The notes beneath the pieces are model-generated. The model searched no databases. It was not told the origin of the DNA and saw nothing but the letters and a program-made list of their open reading frames with translations. Both the position numbers and the translations under genes were made by a program. A stretch of DNA of 64,000 nucleotides. Origin: Coleofasciculus sp. B1-GNL1-01 (lineage in GTDB: Bacteria; Cyanobacteriota; Cyanobacteriia; Cyanobacteriales; Coleofasciculaceae). The number at the start of each line of letters is the position of its first letter. The first letter of the stretch is position 1. Where the stretch lies: NCBI GenBank assembly GCA_040220235.1, contig JAVJTO010000135.1; one strand, 5' to 3'. Positions 20,521 to 30,420 of the stretch are shown one piece after another.

Positions 20521-21471
20521 TTGAGGGTGTCATTGATTTCTGCCATAATGATCGGAATGCAAGCACTCAACACCCTAGCTCTAACTCTCATTTTAGGCGT
20601 CACCGTGACGGTTGCGCCATTTGCCCAACCCGTTCAGGCACAACCCTGGCGTCCAGTGCGTGGTAGTATCCTGTTTGGGATTAGTGGCATGGCACTCCTC
20701 GAACAGCACGAGGATTCCACCTCGTTTCTCATCGTTCATGATAATAAAGGGGTAGGGGAAGGGCGTCTGGCGATGATCAAGGTTATCGGCGAACAAACCC
20801 CTGAATATTTGCCGATCAACTGGTCAAACCAACCTTTACCTGTAGATTTAGAAGCACTCACGGCTGTTCCTGGACAATCGCCACCCACATTTATGGCGTT
20901 AACCAGTTCGGGAACAGTCTATCATTTCCGGCTCAGTGGCAATCATCAGGATGTGTCTGTTTTAAATGTATTTAATTTGCCCAATTTGCCGGAAGGAACT
21001 AACTTAGAAGGATTTGCCTTGCAACAAATTGAGGATAAGCTGCTCGCAGTTTGGGCGCATCGAGGTAACAATGAAGAACCCGGAGTCCTGTACTGGGGAT
21101 TTTTGGACTTGGAAACTAATGAGATTACGCCTCAAGGTTCAGCTCGTTTAACGGTTCCGTTTCCGGTAGGTAATGTTCGCCATCTTTCTGATATAAAGGT
21201 TGATTTAGCCGGTATTGTTTACGTTACCTCGGCGTCCGATAACGGGAACAATGGACCATTCCAATCTGCTGTTTACGTGGTTGGTGGTTTGAGTTTACAG
21301 GATAACCGCATTGTATTTCGTCAAAACCAAGCACTGATTCCTATTTATCGCTTGAATTATCACAAAGTAGAAGCGATTGAACTCGTACCGGGTACAGCCG
21401 GAGGAATATTTTTAGGAACCGATGATGAAAATATGGGTTCATCGGTTTGGGGATTGGATGGAATATTTTAG
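20521..21471 (+). CDS. Secreted hypothetical protein (possible beta-propeller)
   Basis: Signal peptide ending VQAQ; repeated DLEAL/NLEGF/KVEAI motifs; start uncertain. Confidence 0.7.
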   Translation: MRVSLISAIMIGMQALNTLALTLILGVTVTVAPFAQPVQAQPWRPVRGSILFGISGMALLEQHEDSTSFLIVHDNKGVGEGRLAMIKVIGEQTPEYLPINWSNQPLPVDLEALTAVPGQSPPTFMALTSSGTVYHFRLSGNHQDVSVLNVFNLPNLPEGTNLEGFALQQIEDKLLAVWAHRGNNEEPGVLYWGFLDLETNEITPQGSARLTVPFPVGNVRHLSDIKVDLAGIVYVTSASDNGNNGPFQSAVYVVGGLSLQDNRIVFRQNQALIPIYRLNYHKVEAIELVPGTAGGIFLGTDDENMGSSVWGLDGIF

Positions 21472-21496
21472 TCCCTTAGTTTTCAAGGCATTGATA

Positions 21497-21619
21497 AGCT
21501 GTTCGGCATTTAAACTTAATGTCAAGAATTGCGAAGTCGTTGGTGTGCGTTTAGCGAAGCCATGCCGCAGGCTTTGCATCTTGCTCGCTACTAATACCCA
21601 ATTTAAAGGCATGACAGCT
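21497..21619. repeat. About 120-bp dispersed repeat with imperfect terminal inverted repeats
   Basis: AGCTGTTCGGCATTTAAA...TTTAAAGGCATGACAGCT; core TGCGTTTAGCGAAGCCATGCCGCAGGCTTTGCATCTTGCTCGCTAC also at 14302-14348 and inverted at 37487-37608; partial copy at about 41997-42067. Confidence 0.8.
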
Positions 21620-21727
21620 TAACCCGTGGAGAGGGCGGGTTTTGTTGAACATTTATTGGTAGATATCTGAATTGAGTCCCTAAACCCGCCCCTACAATTC
21701 ACCAACTGCTCTGACGCAATCAACACT

Positions 21728-22204
21728 TTATTTACTCGGTTCAATTTTTTTAAACACTTTCAAAATTAGTAAAATAAATAGGGAAGAAATTAAACTCAAA
21801 CCCCATAACCCACACCCTGCCGCAACTCCCAACCCTGATGACACCCAAACCGCCGCCGCCGTAGTCAGTCCTCGAATTCTATATCCTTGTCGCTGCGGCT
21901 GAGATTCTTGTACGATCACTCCTGCACCTAAAAATCCTACGCCACCTACAATGCCTTGAATCACGCGAGGAAGTGCGTCTGCGCTTTGTTCAGCAACACC
22001 AATTAATATGGGTATCAGCGTAAAAAACGCCGAACCAAAGCTAACTAGGATATGGGTTCTCAACCCGGCTGGTTTATCTTTAATTTCCCGTTCAAAGCCG
22101 ATAATACCCCCCGCGAGTAAGGCAATACCGAGTCGGAGTGCTATCCCTAACCAATCGTTTGGCGCAAGTCCGTAAATGTTTGACATCAATTGGTATTTCC
22201 TCAA
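21728..22204 (-). CDS. MgtC/SapB family protein
   Basis: IGFERE..DKPAGLRTH, GVGFLGAG, GLTTAAAVW motifs. Confidence 0.92.
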   Translation of the reverse strand: MRKYQLMSNIYGLAPNDWLGIALRLGIALLAGGIIGFEREIKDKPAGLRTHILVSFGSAFFTLIPILIGVAEQSADALPRVIQGIVGGVGFLGAGVIVQESQPQRQGYRIRGLTTAAAVWVSSGLGVAAGCGLWGLSLISSLFILLILKVFKKIEPSK

Positions 22205-22299
22205 CTTACTCTTTTGAGTATAGTTGGAGATAAATCACCAAAGTCGATATTAACTCCAGTGAGAGGGGTTTAATTGAAAAAATAACCAATAACGGCTCA

Positions 22300-22510
22300 T
22301 TTTTCCTCATTAATCACAATCTGGGGGGATATGCAGAGATTCTATTGGGAAATCTTGCCAGTCAAGGCTGGTTGGAGTTACTTCCAATTCGTTTTGTTAG
22401 CTTCAAGGAGATCAATCTATCGATTGACAGCAATGATCGAATTGTTTGGAGAACAGCTCAGGCAAATCAAATGATTCTGCTGACAGCCAATCGGAGCATG
22501 AAGGGGGACT
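22300..22510 (+). pseudogene. Fragment of a DUF5615-like (PIN-type) cyanobacterial gene
   Basis: FLINHNLGG...GWLELLPIRF...DSNDRIVWRTAQANQMILLTANRSMKG; no ATG and similarity ends after MKG. Confidence 0.55.
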
Positions 22511-22683
22511 TTGATCTACTGTACTTTATTACAGCGCTTTGCGCTGTAACTGTCAGTCAGCTTTAGCTGACTTGAGCTTTTAGCCTTGGGTTTAAACCCA
22601 AGGCGGTTTAACATAGAGCTGGAGTTGGTTTTAATCCAAGGCGGTTTAACATAGAGTTCGATAATGATTAATTTGAGGTTCCT

Positions 22684-24162
22684 TTAGAACTGACGTGACC
22701 AATCTTTAAACCAGCGTTCGACCACCACTTTGGTTTGCGTAAAAAACTCCACAGCCTGTCGCCCCTGTCCATGTAAATCCCCATAAAAACTATTTTTCCA
22801 ACCACTAAAGGGAAAGAATGCCATCGGTGCGGCTACGCCAATATTAATGCCAATATTCCCCGCTTCGGCTTCATACCGAAACTGTCGTGCGGCGGCACCA
22901 CTGGTGGTAAATAAACACGCCATATTGCCCCATTGACCCCCATTCACTAATGCGATCGCGTCTTCAATGGTGTCCAGATGCATTAAACTTAACACCGGAC
23001 CAAATATTTCAGTTTGAGACAGAGAACTGTCGGGGTTGACATTTTCCAGGATTGTGGGTCGAATAAAATTCCCTTGCTCATACCCGGAAATCTTCACCTT
23101 GCGCCCATCGACTAATACCTTAGCGCCTTCATCAGCGCCCTGTTGAATCAATCCCTCAATCCGGGTTTGACTATCGCGGCTAATCACGGGTCCCATTTCC
23201 ACCCCTTCATCCAATCCATAGCCAACGACACGAGTTTGAGCCGCAGACGCGATCGCATCGGTGAAACTATGCCGTGCTTCCCCCACAGTAACGGCTACAG
23301 ACGCCGCCAGACACCGTTGTCCGGCACAGCCAAAGGCACTATCGGCTGCAATTCGGGTGGTCATTTCCATATCCGCATCCGGGAGGACAATTAGGGGATT
23401 TTTCGCCCCACCTTGACATTGCACCCGCTTGCCGTGGGCGGCACCTTTGCTGTATACATACTGTGCTACCGGGGATGATCCGACAAAACTAATGGCGCGA
23501 ATTTGGGGATGTTCTAAAATCGCATCCACGACGGTTTTCGCCCCATTCACCAGATTCACTACCCCTTTCGGTAATCCCGTCGCTTCTAACAACTCAAACA
23601 CCTTTTGCATCGTCAATGGTACTTTTTCCGAGGGTTTAACGATACAGGTATTCCCGCAGGCGATCGCATAAGGTAGAAACCAGAAGGGAATCATACCCGG
23701 AAAATTGAACGGCGCAATAATTGCGATGACTCCCACCGGTTGACGAATCATGATTTCATCAATTCCCCGCGCCACATCTTCCAGGTTATATCCCTGCATT
23801 AGCATGGGAATACCACAGGCGACTTCCACGTTTTCAATTGCCCGTCGTAATTCAGCTTTTGATTCCTTGAGGGTTTTGCCGCATTCTAAGGTAATTGTGC
23901 GGGCTAATTCGTCTAAATTCTCCTCTAGTAAAACCTTGAGTTTAAACAGATATTGGACTCGGGTTGGTGGAGGAACCCGCCGCCAATCAGAGAAAGCCAC
24001 CGCCGCCGCCGCCGCCGCCGCGTCTACATCATCTTGAGGCGACAAAGGAACTTGGGCTAAAACATCAACCGTAGCCGGATTAACAACATGAAGCGATTCC
24101 GTGGCGCTGGATGGACACCATTTGCCATTGATATAGTTCGGTAACAGATTTTTTAGATGCAC
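22684..24162 (-). CDS. mmsA: CoA-acylating methylmalonate-semialdehyde dehydrogenase
   Basis: [58 protein letters not shown] start at 24162 with GGAG upstream. Confidence 0.9.
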   Translation of the reverse strand: MHLKNLLPNYINGKWCPSSATESLHVVNPATVDVLAQVPLSPQDDVDAAAAAAAVAFSDWRRVPPPTRVQYLFKLKVLLEENLDELARTITLECGKTLKESKAELRRAIENVEVACGIPMLMQGYNLEDVARGIDEIMIRQPVGVIAIIAPFNFPGMIPFWFLPYAIACGNTCIVKPSEKVPLTMQKVFELLEATGLPKGVVNLVNGAKTVVDAILEHPQIRAISFVGSSPVAQYVYSKGAAHGKRVQCQGGAKNPLIVLPDADMEMTTRIAADSAFGCAGQRCLAASVAVTVGEARHSFTDAIASAAQTRVVGYGLDEGVEMGPVISRDSQTRIEGLIQQGADEGAKVLVDGRKVKISGYEQGNFIRPTILENVNPDSSLSQTEIFGPVLSLMHLDTIEDAIALVNGGQWGNMACLFTTSGAAARQFRYEAEAGNIGINIGVAAPMAFFPFSGWKNSFYGDLHGQGRQAVEFFTQTKVVVERWFKDWSRQF

Positions 24163-24188
24163 CGTTGGTTCTCCAAAAAGGGCGAGCA

Positions 24189-24352
24189 AGGGGAGCTGGG
24201 GGAGCTGGGGAAGCAGAGGGAGCTGGGGAAGATGGGGAAGCAGAGGGAGCTGGGGGAGCAGAGGGAGCTGGGGGAGCTGGGGGAGCAGAGGGAGCTGGGG
24301 GAGCAGAGGGAGCTGGGGGAGCAGAGGGAGCTGGGGGAGCTGGGGAAGATGA
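24189..24352. repeat. G-rich 9-bp tandem repeat array (GGGGAGCTG/GAGCAGAGG variants)
   Basis: Directly visible; related arrays at about 34572-34670, 49620-49685, 50878-50910 and 59505-59555. Confidence 0.9.
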
Positions 24353-24374
24353 GTAAGTTAACTCAAAACTCTAC

Positions 24375-24437
24375 CTTACCTATTGCCCATTGCCTATTGC
24401 CCATTGCCTGTTCCCTGTTCCCTGTTCCCTATTCCCT
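24375..24437. repeat. Heptamer short tandem repeats (TTGCCTA/TGTTCCC)
   Basis: ctattgcccattgcctattgcccattgcctgttccctgttccctgttccctattccc. Confidence 0.8.
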
Positions 24438-24450
24438 GACGAATGACAAA

Positions 24451-25383
24451 TCACCGATCAACAACATTCAAGCGTCGAGTAATCATCGTCATCCCATCAC
24501 CCCGAATCAAAACGGCTGAAATCCAGCGATCCTGGGGAGTTAAGGGCGCTCGTCCCACTTTAAAAATTCCGCCTGCGGATAGTAAATCCAATTCCAAGTC
24601 ACTGGGTTGGCTGTAGCGATCGCCATTGATCGGTTCTTCTAAGGCTGTTCCCAATAGTAGATTATCCCCTAGGGGTTCTTGGACGATCGCATCAAAGTTA
24701 AACGACTGACCAATACGCACCTGTTCTGGTAAAATCACTTGCAGGTTGGGAGGATTGACGCCAGAGGTTAGTTGGGAACGTTCTGCCAAAATTTCCGAGG
24801 AGACAATTTTTTGGTTTTCGTAACGTTGGCGCGATCGCAATGTGGATTCGAGTTTCATCATCGTACCGTCGTTGGGCTGGGTTCCGGTTACGGTGGTGAC
24901 TGTCTCCGCCACAATCCCATCCCCTTGATTTTCCCAAGACTGTAACTCGGTGCGATACGTCAATTGAGGATAGCGTTCCCACAGTTGCTTCAGCGCTTCC
25001 TCCATCTGGGCGTGAGTCAAACCGTCAGAATGTTTGAAATCCTGGCTATAGAACTGCATCACACCCTGCACATCCCGGCGATTTGCTGCCGCATCGATTT
25101 GCGCCAGGAGTTCTCTTAGCTGAGGTGGGGCGGTTGCGGGATCTTCGGCTTTTGCCACTGTTGCCCATCCCAGGGTTAAACCCAGGGTAAAGCACAAAAT
25201 CATTGACCCGTTCAGGGAATACGCCTTAGTTTTCGCACTCAAGGAACCTGACTTGTCACACCCTGGGGAGAAGTCAAAGCCTCTCTCCTTGCAGGAGAGA
25301 GGTTTTCTAGATCCCGTGAAAAGTACGCTCAAGGAACGGGAAACACGACGAAATAAATTGACCGGATGGTGCATTAGGGGCAT
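24451..25383 (-). CDS. Secreted NTF2/SnoaL-like domain protein
   Basis: IDAAANRRDVQGVMQFYSQDFKHSDG motif after a signal-like segment; start uncertain, and the longer ORF overlaps murG. Confidence 0.75.
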   Translation of the reverse strand: MPLMHHPVNLFRRVSRSLSVLFTGSRKPLSCKERGFDFSPGCDKSGSLSAKTKAYSLNGSMILCFTLGLTLGWATVAKAEDPATAPPQLRELLAQIDAAANRRDVQGVMQFYSQDFKHSDGLTHAQMEEALKQLWERYPQLTYRTELQSWENQGDGIVAETVTTVTGTQPNDGTMMKLESTLRSRQRYENQKIVSSEILAERSQLTSGVNPPNLQVILPEQVRIGQSFNFDAIVQEPLGDNLLLGTALEEPINGDRYSQPSDLELDLLSAGGIFKVGRAPLTPQDRWISAVLIRGDGMTMITRRLNVVDR

Positions 25384-25510
25384 CGTAGGAAATAGTTTAT
25401 ATAAAGAAATTGGCTTCCAATTGGACAGATAAGATGGTATATTCGCCAATTTACTACCAATTTTCGATTTTAACTCGACATCAGAGTCGCCTTTAGGAGG
25501 AACAACGACC

Positions 25511-26578
25511 TTGGCTGACACTCCAATTCGCTTATTGATTGCTGCCAGTGGCACAGGAGGACATTTATTTCCGGCGCTGGCGTTAGCTCAACAGTTACCA
25601 GAGTACCAAATTGAGTGGCTGGGCGTGCCGAACCGGGTAGAACAATCGGTAATTCCCCAACATTATCCCCTGCACACGATTCTGGTTGAAGGCTTTCAGA
25701 AACCCTTGGGGCTAAATACAGTGCGCGTTTTTGGACGCCTTGTGGGTTCCATCCGACAGGTTCAGCGACTGATCCAAACTCGGCAATTCGATGCTCTGTT
25801 TACCACAGGCGGTTATATTGCTGGACCTGCGATCGTCGCGGCACGGTTACAGGGATTGCCTGTCATTTTACACGAATCCAACGCTATTCCCGGAAAAGTT
25901 ACGCGCTGGCTGAGTCCCTTCTGTGATCAGGTGGCGCTCGGATTTGACGCCGCCTCTAAGTATTTACCCAAAGCCCACACCGTCACCGTGGGGACACCGG
26001 TTCGAGGTGATTTCTATAAGCCTCAGCCGTTAGACTTACCGATTCCTGACGATGTACCCTTAATTGTCGTCGTTGGCGGTTCCCAAGGGGCGGTTAGCGT
26101 GAATCAACTGGTGCGTCAATGCGCTAAGACTTGGTTTGAAATGGGCGCGTGGATAGTCCATTTAACCGGAGAAAAAGACCCAGACGCTTCTACTTTAAAG
26201 CATCCTCAGTATATTGAACTGCCATTTTACAACAACATGGCAGCGCTACTGCAACGGGCGAATTTAGCGATTAGTCGGGCGGGTGCAGGTTCGTTAACCG
26301 AATTGGCGATAACAGGCACTCCTGCGATTTTAATTCCGTATCCTTACGCCGCAGAAGATCACCAAAGCTTTAATGCGGCTAGTTTTGCCCAAAAAGGGGC
26401 GGCTCTGGTTTTTCCGCAATCTGAACTCACCCCCGAATTACTCGAAAGTAAGGTATCCTATTTGCTCAAATCTCCGGACATTCTCCAGCAAATGGCAGAA
26501 AAAGCCGCCTCTTTAGCGGTGACAGATAGTGCAGAACAATTAGCAACGTTGGTGCGTCGGCTGGTGGAGAAAAAATAA
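25511..26578 (+). CDS. murG: Undecaprenyldiphospho-muramoylpentapeptide beta-N-acetylglucosaminyltransferase
   Basis: GTGGHLFPA, GGY, HESN..PG, GGSQGA, SRAGA, PYPYAAEDHQ..NA. Confidence 0.96.
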   Translation: MADTPIRLLIAASGTGGHLFPALALAQQLPEYQIEWLGVPNRVEQSVIPQHYPLHTILVEGFQKPLGLNTVRVFGRLVGSIRQVQRLIQTRQFDALFTTGGYIAGPAIVAARLQGLPVILHESNAIPGKVTRWLSPFCDQVALGFDAASKYLPKAHTVTVGTPVRGDFYKPQPLDLPIPDDVPLIVVVGGSQGAVSVNQLVRQCAKTWFEMGAWIVHLTGEKDPDASTLKHPQYIELPFYNNMAALLQRANLAISRAGAGSLTELAITGTPAILIPYPYAAEDHQSFNAASFAQKGAALVFPQSELTPELLESKVSYLLKSPDILQQMAEKAASLAVTDSAEQLATLVRRLVEKK

Positions 26579-26771
26579 GGCTCATTTCCGACAATCGCAT
26601 CTGCAAAAATAGTCCATGTTGTCGGAAATTGACGTTGAATAAAAGAACGACAAGTACACCAATATAGCGCTTTCCCAGCGTGTGAGGTACACCTAAATAT
26701 AGGGGCAATGTAGGAGCGCAAAGCTTGCGCCCTTAACAATGTATCGCATCAAACCGGAAATTGCTATAATT

Positions 26772-27074
26772 ATGAAACTCAGACTTTTGACAGTGCTAAC
26801 CCTTGTGGCAAGTACCAGTTTTGTTGTTCCGGCAAAAGCCCAAGACACCCAACCTGTTCAATCATTCTCAGCCGTTCAACTCTCCCAAGAACAGGTTAAT
26901 CGTGAGCAACTATTAGAAGCTTGTGCCAAAAACCGCGCTGATTCGTTACCCAATCCGTTTACAGATGTATCGCCGACTCACTGGGCGTACAAAGCGGTGT
27001 TGAGTATGTATTATTGTGGTGCTTATCGTGGCTCAATTCCCCCCGAACAAGTTAAGCCGTTGTTAGGTGAGTAG
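26772..27074 (+). CDS. Small secreted S-layer homology domain protein
   Basis: Signal peptide ending AKA; FTDVSPTHWAYKAV motif. Confidence 0.75.
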   Translation: MKLRLLTVLTLVASTSFVVPAKAQDTQPVQSFSAVQLSQEQVNREQLLEACAKNRADSLPNPFTDVSPTHWAYKAVLSMYYCGAYRGSIPPEQVKPLLGE

Positions 27075-27158
27075 AGTCGATTCACAGTTTATTGCTTGCA
27101 TACAACACATTGTGCGAATATACTCATAGTGTTCATTGGGGAGTTGCAGGTAGTACAA

Positions 27159-29135
27159 ATGGCAAAAGCGGTAAAATATGAGCAAATTTTGCTTTTCTCT
27201 TTCGACTCTGACAAAGATAGCTATTATTTGACCTTTAAGAAGCTTTACTACCATCTCTATTCCAATAGCTCATCTAGTCGGGCTGAACGTATCATTGAGG
27301 ACATATCAAAAATTCTTCTTTGTAAACTACTAATTGACAAAGGAAACGTTGCCAATATATTAGATAGTTATATGGAGGGTAAAGGTACAGCGAACGAGTT
27401 GCTTTTACCAGAACTTCGGAATAACTACCCATCCGCTATTGATGAGTCTGACAGATTTAGTCTGGGAGATTCCTCAATCAAAAGCAGTTTAAAAGTTTTA
27501 TCAGATATTAATTTAGTTGAGTCGCCTTCCTATATTATTGGTGAGGCTTTTCAAGCCCTTATCGGACCAAAACTGAGAGGAGACAAAGGGCAGTTTTTTA
27601 CTCCTAGAAGCTTAGTGAAAACAATGGTAAGCATTGCCGACCCGAAGCCATATAGTAAAGTTGTCGATCCGGCTTGTGGCACGGGTAGCTTCCTATCAGA
27701 AACTTACAATTATTGGATCGAGACTACAGGTGAAACACTCTTGCCAGATAATCACTATTCGTTAGTTGGTCTAGATAAGGATAAAGATATCTCAAGACTT
27801 GCAACAGCTACTCTAGAAATTATTGCACCCAATAACTACTCAGTATTTACAACGGATTCACTTGACATAAATCATTTAATTGCTTCTGGATTTAGCTCTA
27901 AAATATTTGATGCAGATGTAGTTTTAACAAATCCTCCATTTGGGGCAAAAATTGGAGTCACTAGAGAAAGTATTCTGGAACAATATGATCTGGGTCATCA
28001 CTGGTACTTTTCATCTACTGAGAATTGTTGGATTAAAAGTGACAAAGTTCGTAAAAATCAAGATCCACAAATTTTGTTCATTGAATTATGTGTAAAAATC
28101 CTTAAGCCAGGTGGAGTTTTAGGAATCGTATTACCCGAAGGGGTTTTCGGTAACAAGCAAACTGGATACATTTGGGATTATCTTCATCAAGAGGGCATGA
28201 TCACAGCTCTTCTGGACTGCCCTCGTACAACATTTCAACCAGGGACAGATACAAAAACTAATGTTCTTTTTTTTCAAAAATTTAATAATAAATCTAAGAA
28301 TAAAAATAGATATCCTATTAAAGTTCCTATTGCAGTCGCTTTACATTGCGGTCATGATCGTCGAGGACGGGTAACCCTAGAAAATGGACAAAAATATCCC
28401 GACGATTTTAGTGCCATTGCTCACGAATTCAAGGATAACAATAGTTCTAAATATTGGTCAAATTGTGAAATTTATAATCCCTATTATTGGGTACCAAGAT
28501 TTTATGATGCTTCTTTAAGTAAAAGTATTAAAAAAAAAGCTTTTGAGATGCATGCTGATTTGGCATCCTTTGATGAGCTTATTAAAAGTGGCTATATTGC
28601 TATTAGGAAAGGGCATGAAGTCGGCTCTCAAGCCTATGGGACTGGCAACATTCCCTTTATTAGAACGTCTGACATTGCGAATTGGGAAGTCTCTGTAGAT
28701 CCGACTAACGCTGTTAGCGAGGAAATTTTTAACAAATACGCTAAGTACCAAAAACTTAAAACGGGTGACATATTACTGGTTGTAGACGGAAGATACAGAA
28801 TTGGACGTACAGCAATTCTTCATTCCAATAACATCAAAAGTGTTGTTCAAAGTCACTTTAAAATTATTACAGTTACGACTCAAGCTCCCTTTAACAGTTA
28901 TGAACTACTGTATATCCTTAACATGCCTTTGATACTTCAGCAAATGAGGAGTTTAACCTTTATTCAATCAACGCTGGGAAGCATTGGAAAAAGATTAGGG
29001 CAGTTGCAAATATTCATTCCAACTCAAACAGAGGAGTGGATCACTGAGATCAGCAATTTTGAGCGTCTCCTTTCAGCTAGGGCATCTATATTGTCTGAAC
29101 TTCAAAAATTCCACACACCCGAACCAGAACTATAA
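27159..29135 (+). CDS. N6-adenine DNA methyltransferase (HsdM-like) fused to a TRD-like domain; cognate MTase of the DraIII-like REase
   Basis: GQFFTPR, DPACGTGSF, TNPPFG, GIVLPEG; C-terminal IPFIRTSDI...GDILL TRD-like region. Confidence 0.9.
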   Translation: MAKAVKYEQILLFSFDSDKDSYYLTFKKLYYHLYSNSSSSRAERIIEDISKILLCKLLIDKGNVANILDSYMEGKGTANELLLPELRNNYPSAIDESDRFSLGDSSIKSSLKVLSDINLVESPSYIIGEAFQALIGPKLRGDKGQFFTPRSLVKTMVSIADPKPYSKVVDPACGTGSFLSETYNYWIETTGETLLPDNHYSLVGLDKDKDISRLATATLEIIAPNNYSVFTTDSLDINHLIASGFSSKIFDADVVLTNPPFGAKIGVTRESILEQYDLGHHWYFSSTENCWIKSDKVRKNQDPQILFIELCVKILKPGGVLGIVLPEGVFGNKQTGYIWDYLHQEGMITALLDCPRTTFQPGTDTKTNVLFFQKFNNKSKNKNRYPIKVPIAVALHCGHDRRGRVTLENGQKYPDDFSAIAHEFKDNNSSKYWSNCEIYNPYYWVPRFYDASLSKSIKKKAFEMHADLASFDELIKSGYIAIRKGHEVGSQAYGTGNIPFIRTSDIANWEVSVDPTNAVSEEIFNKYAKYQKLKTGDILLVVDGRYRIGRTAILHSNNIKSVVQSHFKIITVTTQAPFNSYELLYILNMPLILQQMRSLTFIQSTLGSIGKRLGQLQIFIPTQTEEWITEISNFERLLSARASILSELQKFHTPEPEL

Positions 29136-29813
29136 GCACCTAGCTCTATCTAAAATGCCTTCAATCCAAGCGTAGAATTCATCCAAAGTCTTAGCTCCCT
29201 GAGCAATATTACATTCTCTATGGGCAAAACCTACATTATCGGCATTGTGAACTCTTGGATTTTTGTGGCATGTTTCTATCGCAGCTTTCCCTCTTTGTGC
29301 TGTTGAGAATAAATTAAATGAAATAGGCAGTAGGCAAACTTCACACTTAGTCGAACCTGGAGTCATTTCTTTAAAAAGTTTTTCTAAATATCTTTGTATG
29401 TCATCTGGAGGCGTGGGAGAATCGGGCATTTGATAAACTAGCCATGTTAATTTCATGGCAACCTGCATACAATCCTCATAAGTGGCTGCTTTTTCTCTCA
29501 GTTTAGCCACAATACCCGGTCTAAGTTTGCTCATGTCTAACTCATAGTTCAGTAATTCTTCATCAGATAGGAGCATAGCCCAGCGTAAAATCCTATTTGG
29601 TCCAGCATCATCGCTTGCCCATGATGCACCTGTTGTATTAGTTGAATCACGCTTAATTTTCTCAGCAATTTTTTTGGATCTTTTTTGAAGGTCTTTCAAA
29701 TAGGGATATTCTAAGCACTTTCCATCATGTCCTTTTTCACGATGACAGCGATGATTAGCAATTGGCGCAAACCTAGATCGGCTATTAAGTGATTTCAAAC
29801 AGAACTCAATCAT
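29130..29813 (-). CDS. Type II restriction endonuclease, DraIII-like (Zn finger + HNH)
   Basis: 227 aa; C..HRC...GHDGKCLEYP, AGPNR, KLTWL.YQ, CEVC, H.NPRVHNADNVGFAHRECNIAQG; closely matches R.DraIII as I recall it. Confidence 0.85.
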   Translation of the reverse strand: MIEFCLKSLNSRSRFAPIANHRCHREKGHDGKCLEYPYLKDLQKRSKKIAEKIKRDSTNTTGASWASDDAGPNRILRWAMLLSDEELLNYELDMSKLRPGIVAKLREKAATYEDCMQVAMKLTWLVYQMPDSPTPPDDIQRYLEKLFKEMTPGSTKCEVCLLPISFNLFSTAQRGKAAIETCHKNPRVHNADNVGFAHRECNIAQGAKTLDEFYAWIEGILDRARCL

Positions 29814-29815
29814 AT

Positions 29816-30046
29816 CTAGAGGTTTACGAATTCATCCAATGAACCCATCAGAGAACTGGGCTTGATTTGCAAAGCCTCGCAGAGCTTGATTATATTTTCT
29901 AAGGAAACATTTCGTTCACCTCTTTCAATACTTCCAACGTAAGTTCGATGCATACCCGCTAACTCGGCTAGCTGCTCCTGTGAAAACCCTAAGTCTTCAC
30001 GCCTAGCCCTCACAGCAGCACCAAACTTTTCGCGAAGTGTCATCAT
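29816..30046 (-). CDS. R-M controller (C) protein, XRE HTH
   Basis: SQEQLAELAGMHRTYVGSIERGERNVSLENI; directly upstream of and co-oriented with the REase. Confidence 0.9.
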   Translation of the reverse strand: MMTLREKFGAAVRARREDLGFSQEQLAELAGMHRTYVGSIERGERNVSLENIIKLCEALQIKPSSLMGSLDEFVNL

Positions 30047-30089
30047 TAACTCTGCTAAGGATTGCTTACGCTAATAATCGGGTGGTGAT

Positions 30090-30115
30090 GACTAAGAGTC
30101 TACAGACTATAAGTC
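30090..30115 (-). promoter_or_regulatory. Tandem C-box operator
   Basis: Minus strand GACTTATAGTC-TGTA-GACTCTTAGTC, the GACTnnnAGTC x2 arrangement of PvuII-type C promoters. Confidence 0.88.
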
Positions 30116-30278
30116 GCGCTTGAGGGTGTGCAATTCACTGGTTATTGTCCATTAAACAGTTAAATGTCATCCCTTAAACATTTAGTGTCATGTCTGAAAT
30201 CCTTGCTACACTTTGATTGTGCCAAGACAATAATTGCTTAAGCTGGCGACAAATAGCTCTTTAATGAAGAATATAAGA

Positions 30279-30349
30279 AGCGGGCAGCGAGAATCGAACT
30301 CGCATCATCAGCTTGGAAGGCTGAGGTTTTACCACTAAACTATGCCCGC
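30279..30349 (-). tRNA. tRNA-Gly (TCC)
   Basis: GCGGGCATAGTTTAGTGGTAAAACCTCAGCCTTCCAAGCTGATGATGCGAGTTCGATTCTCGCTGCCCGCT; cloverleaf with TCC anticodon. Confidence 0.96.
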
Positions 30350-30420
30350 AGGCGCTCATAACTTTTCTAGTATAAACCACGATAGCACAAGTTTGGCAAG
30401 TTTTCGCCAAAATTATCGGC

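Noticed and set aside
24157..24519. ORFs 24157-24519 and 24165-24356
   Set aside because: They are translations of the 9-mer and heptamer repeat arrays.
27159..29135. Type I HsdM, or the missing DISARM methylase
   Set aside because: No hsdR/hsdS; it is paired with its own type II REase and C protein about 14.5 kb from the drm-like locus, and it is an m6A rather than a 5mC enzyme. A role in trans cannot be formally excluded.
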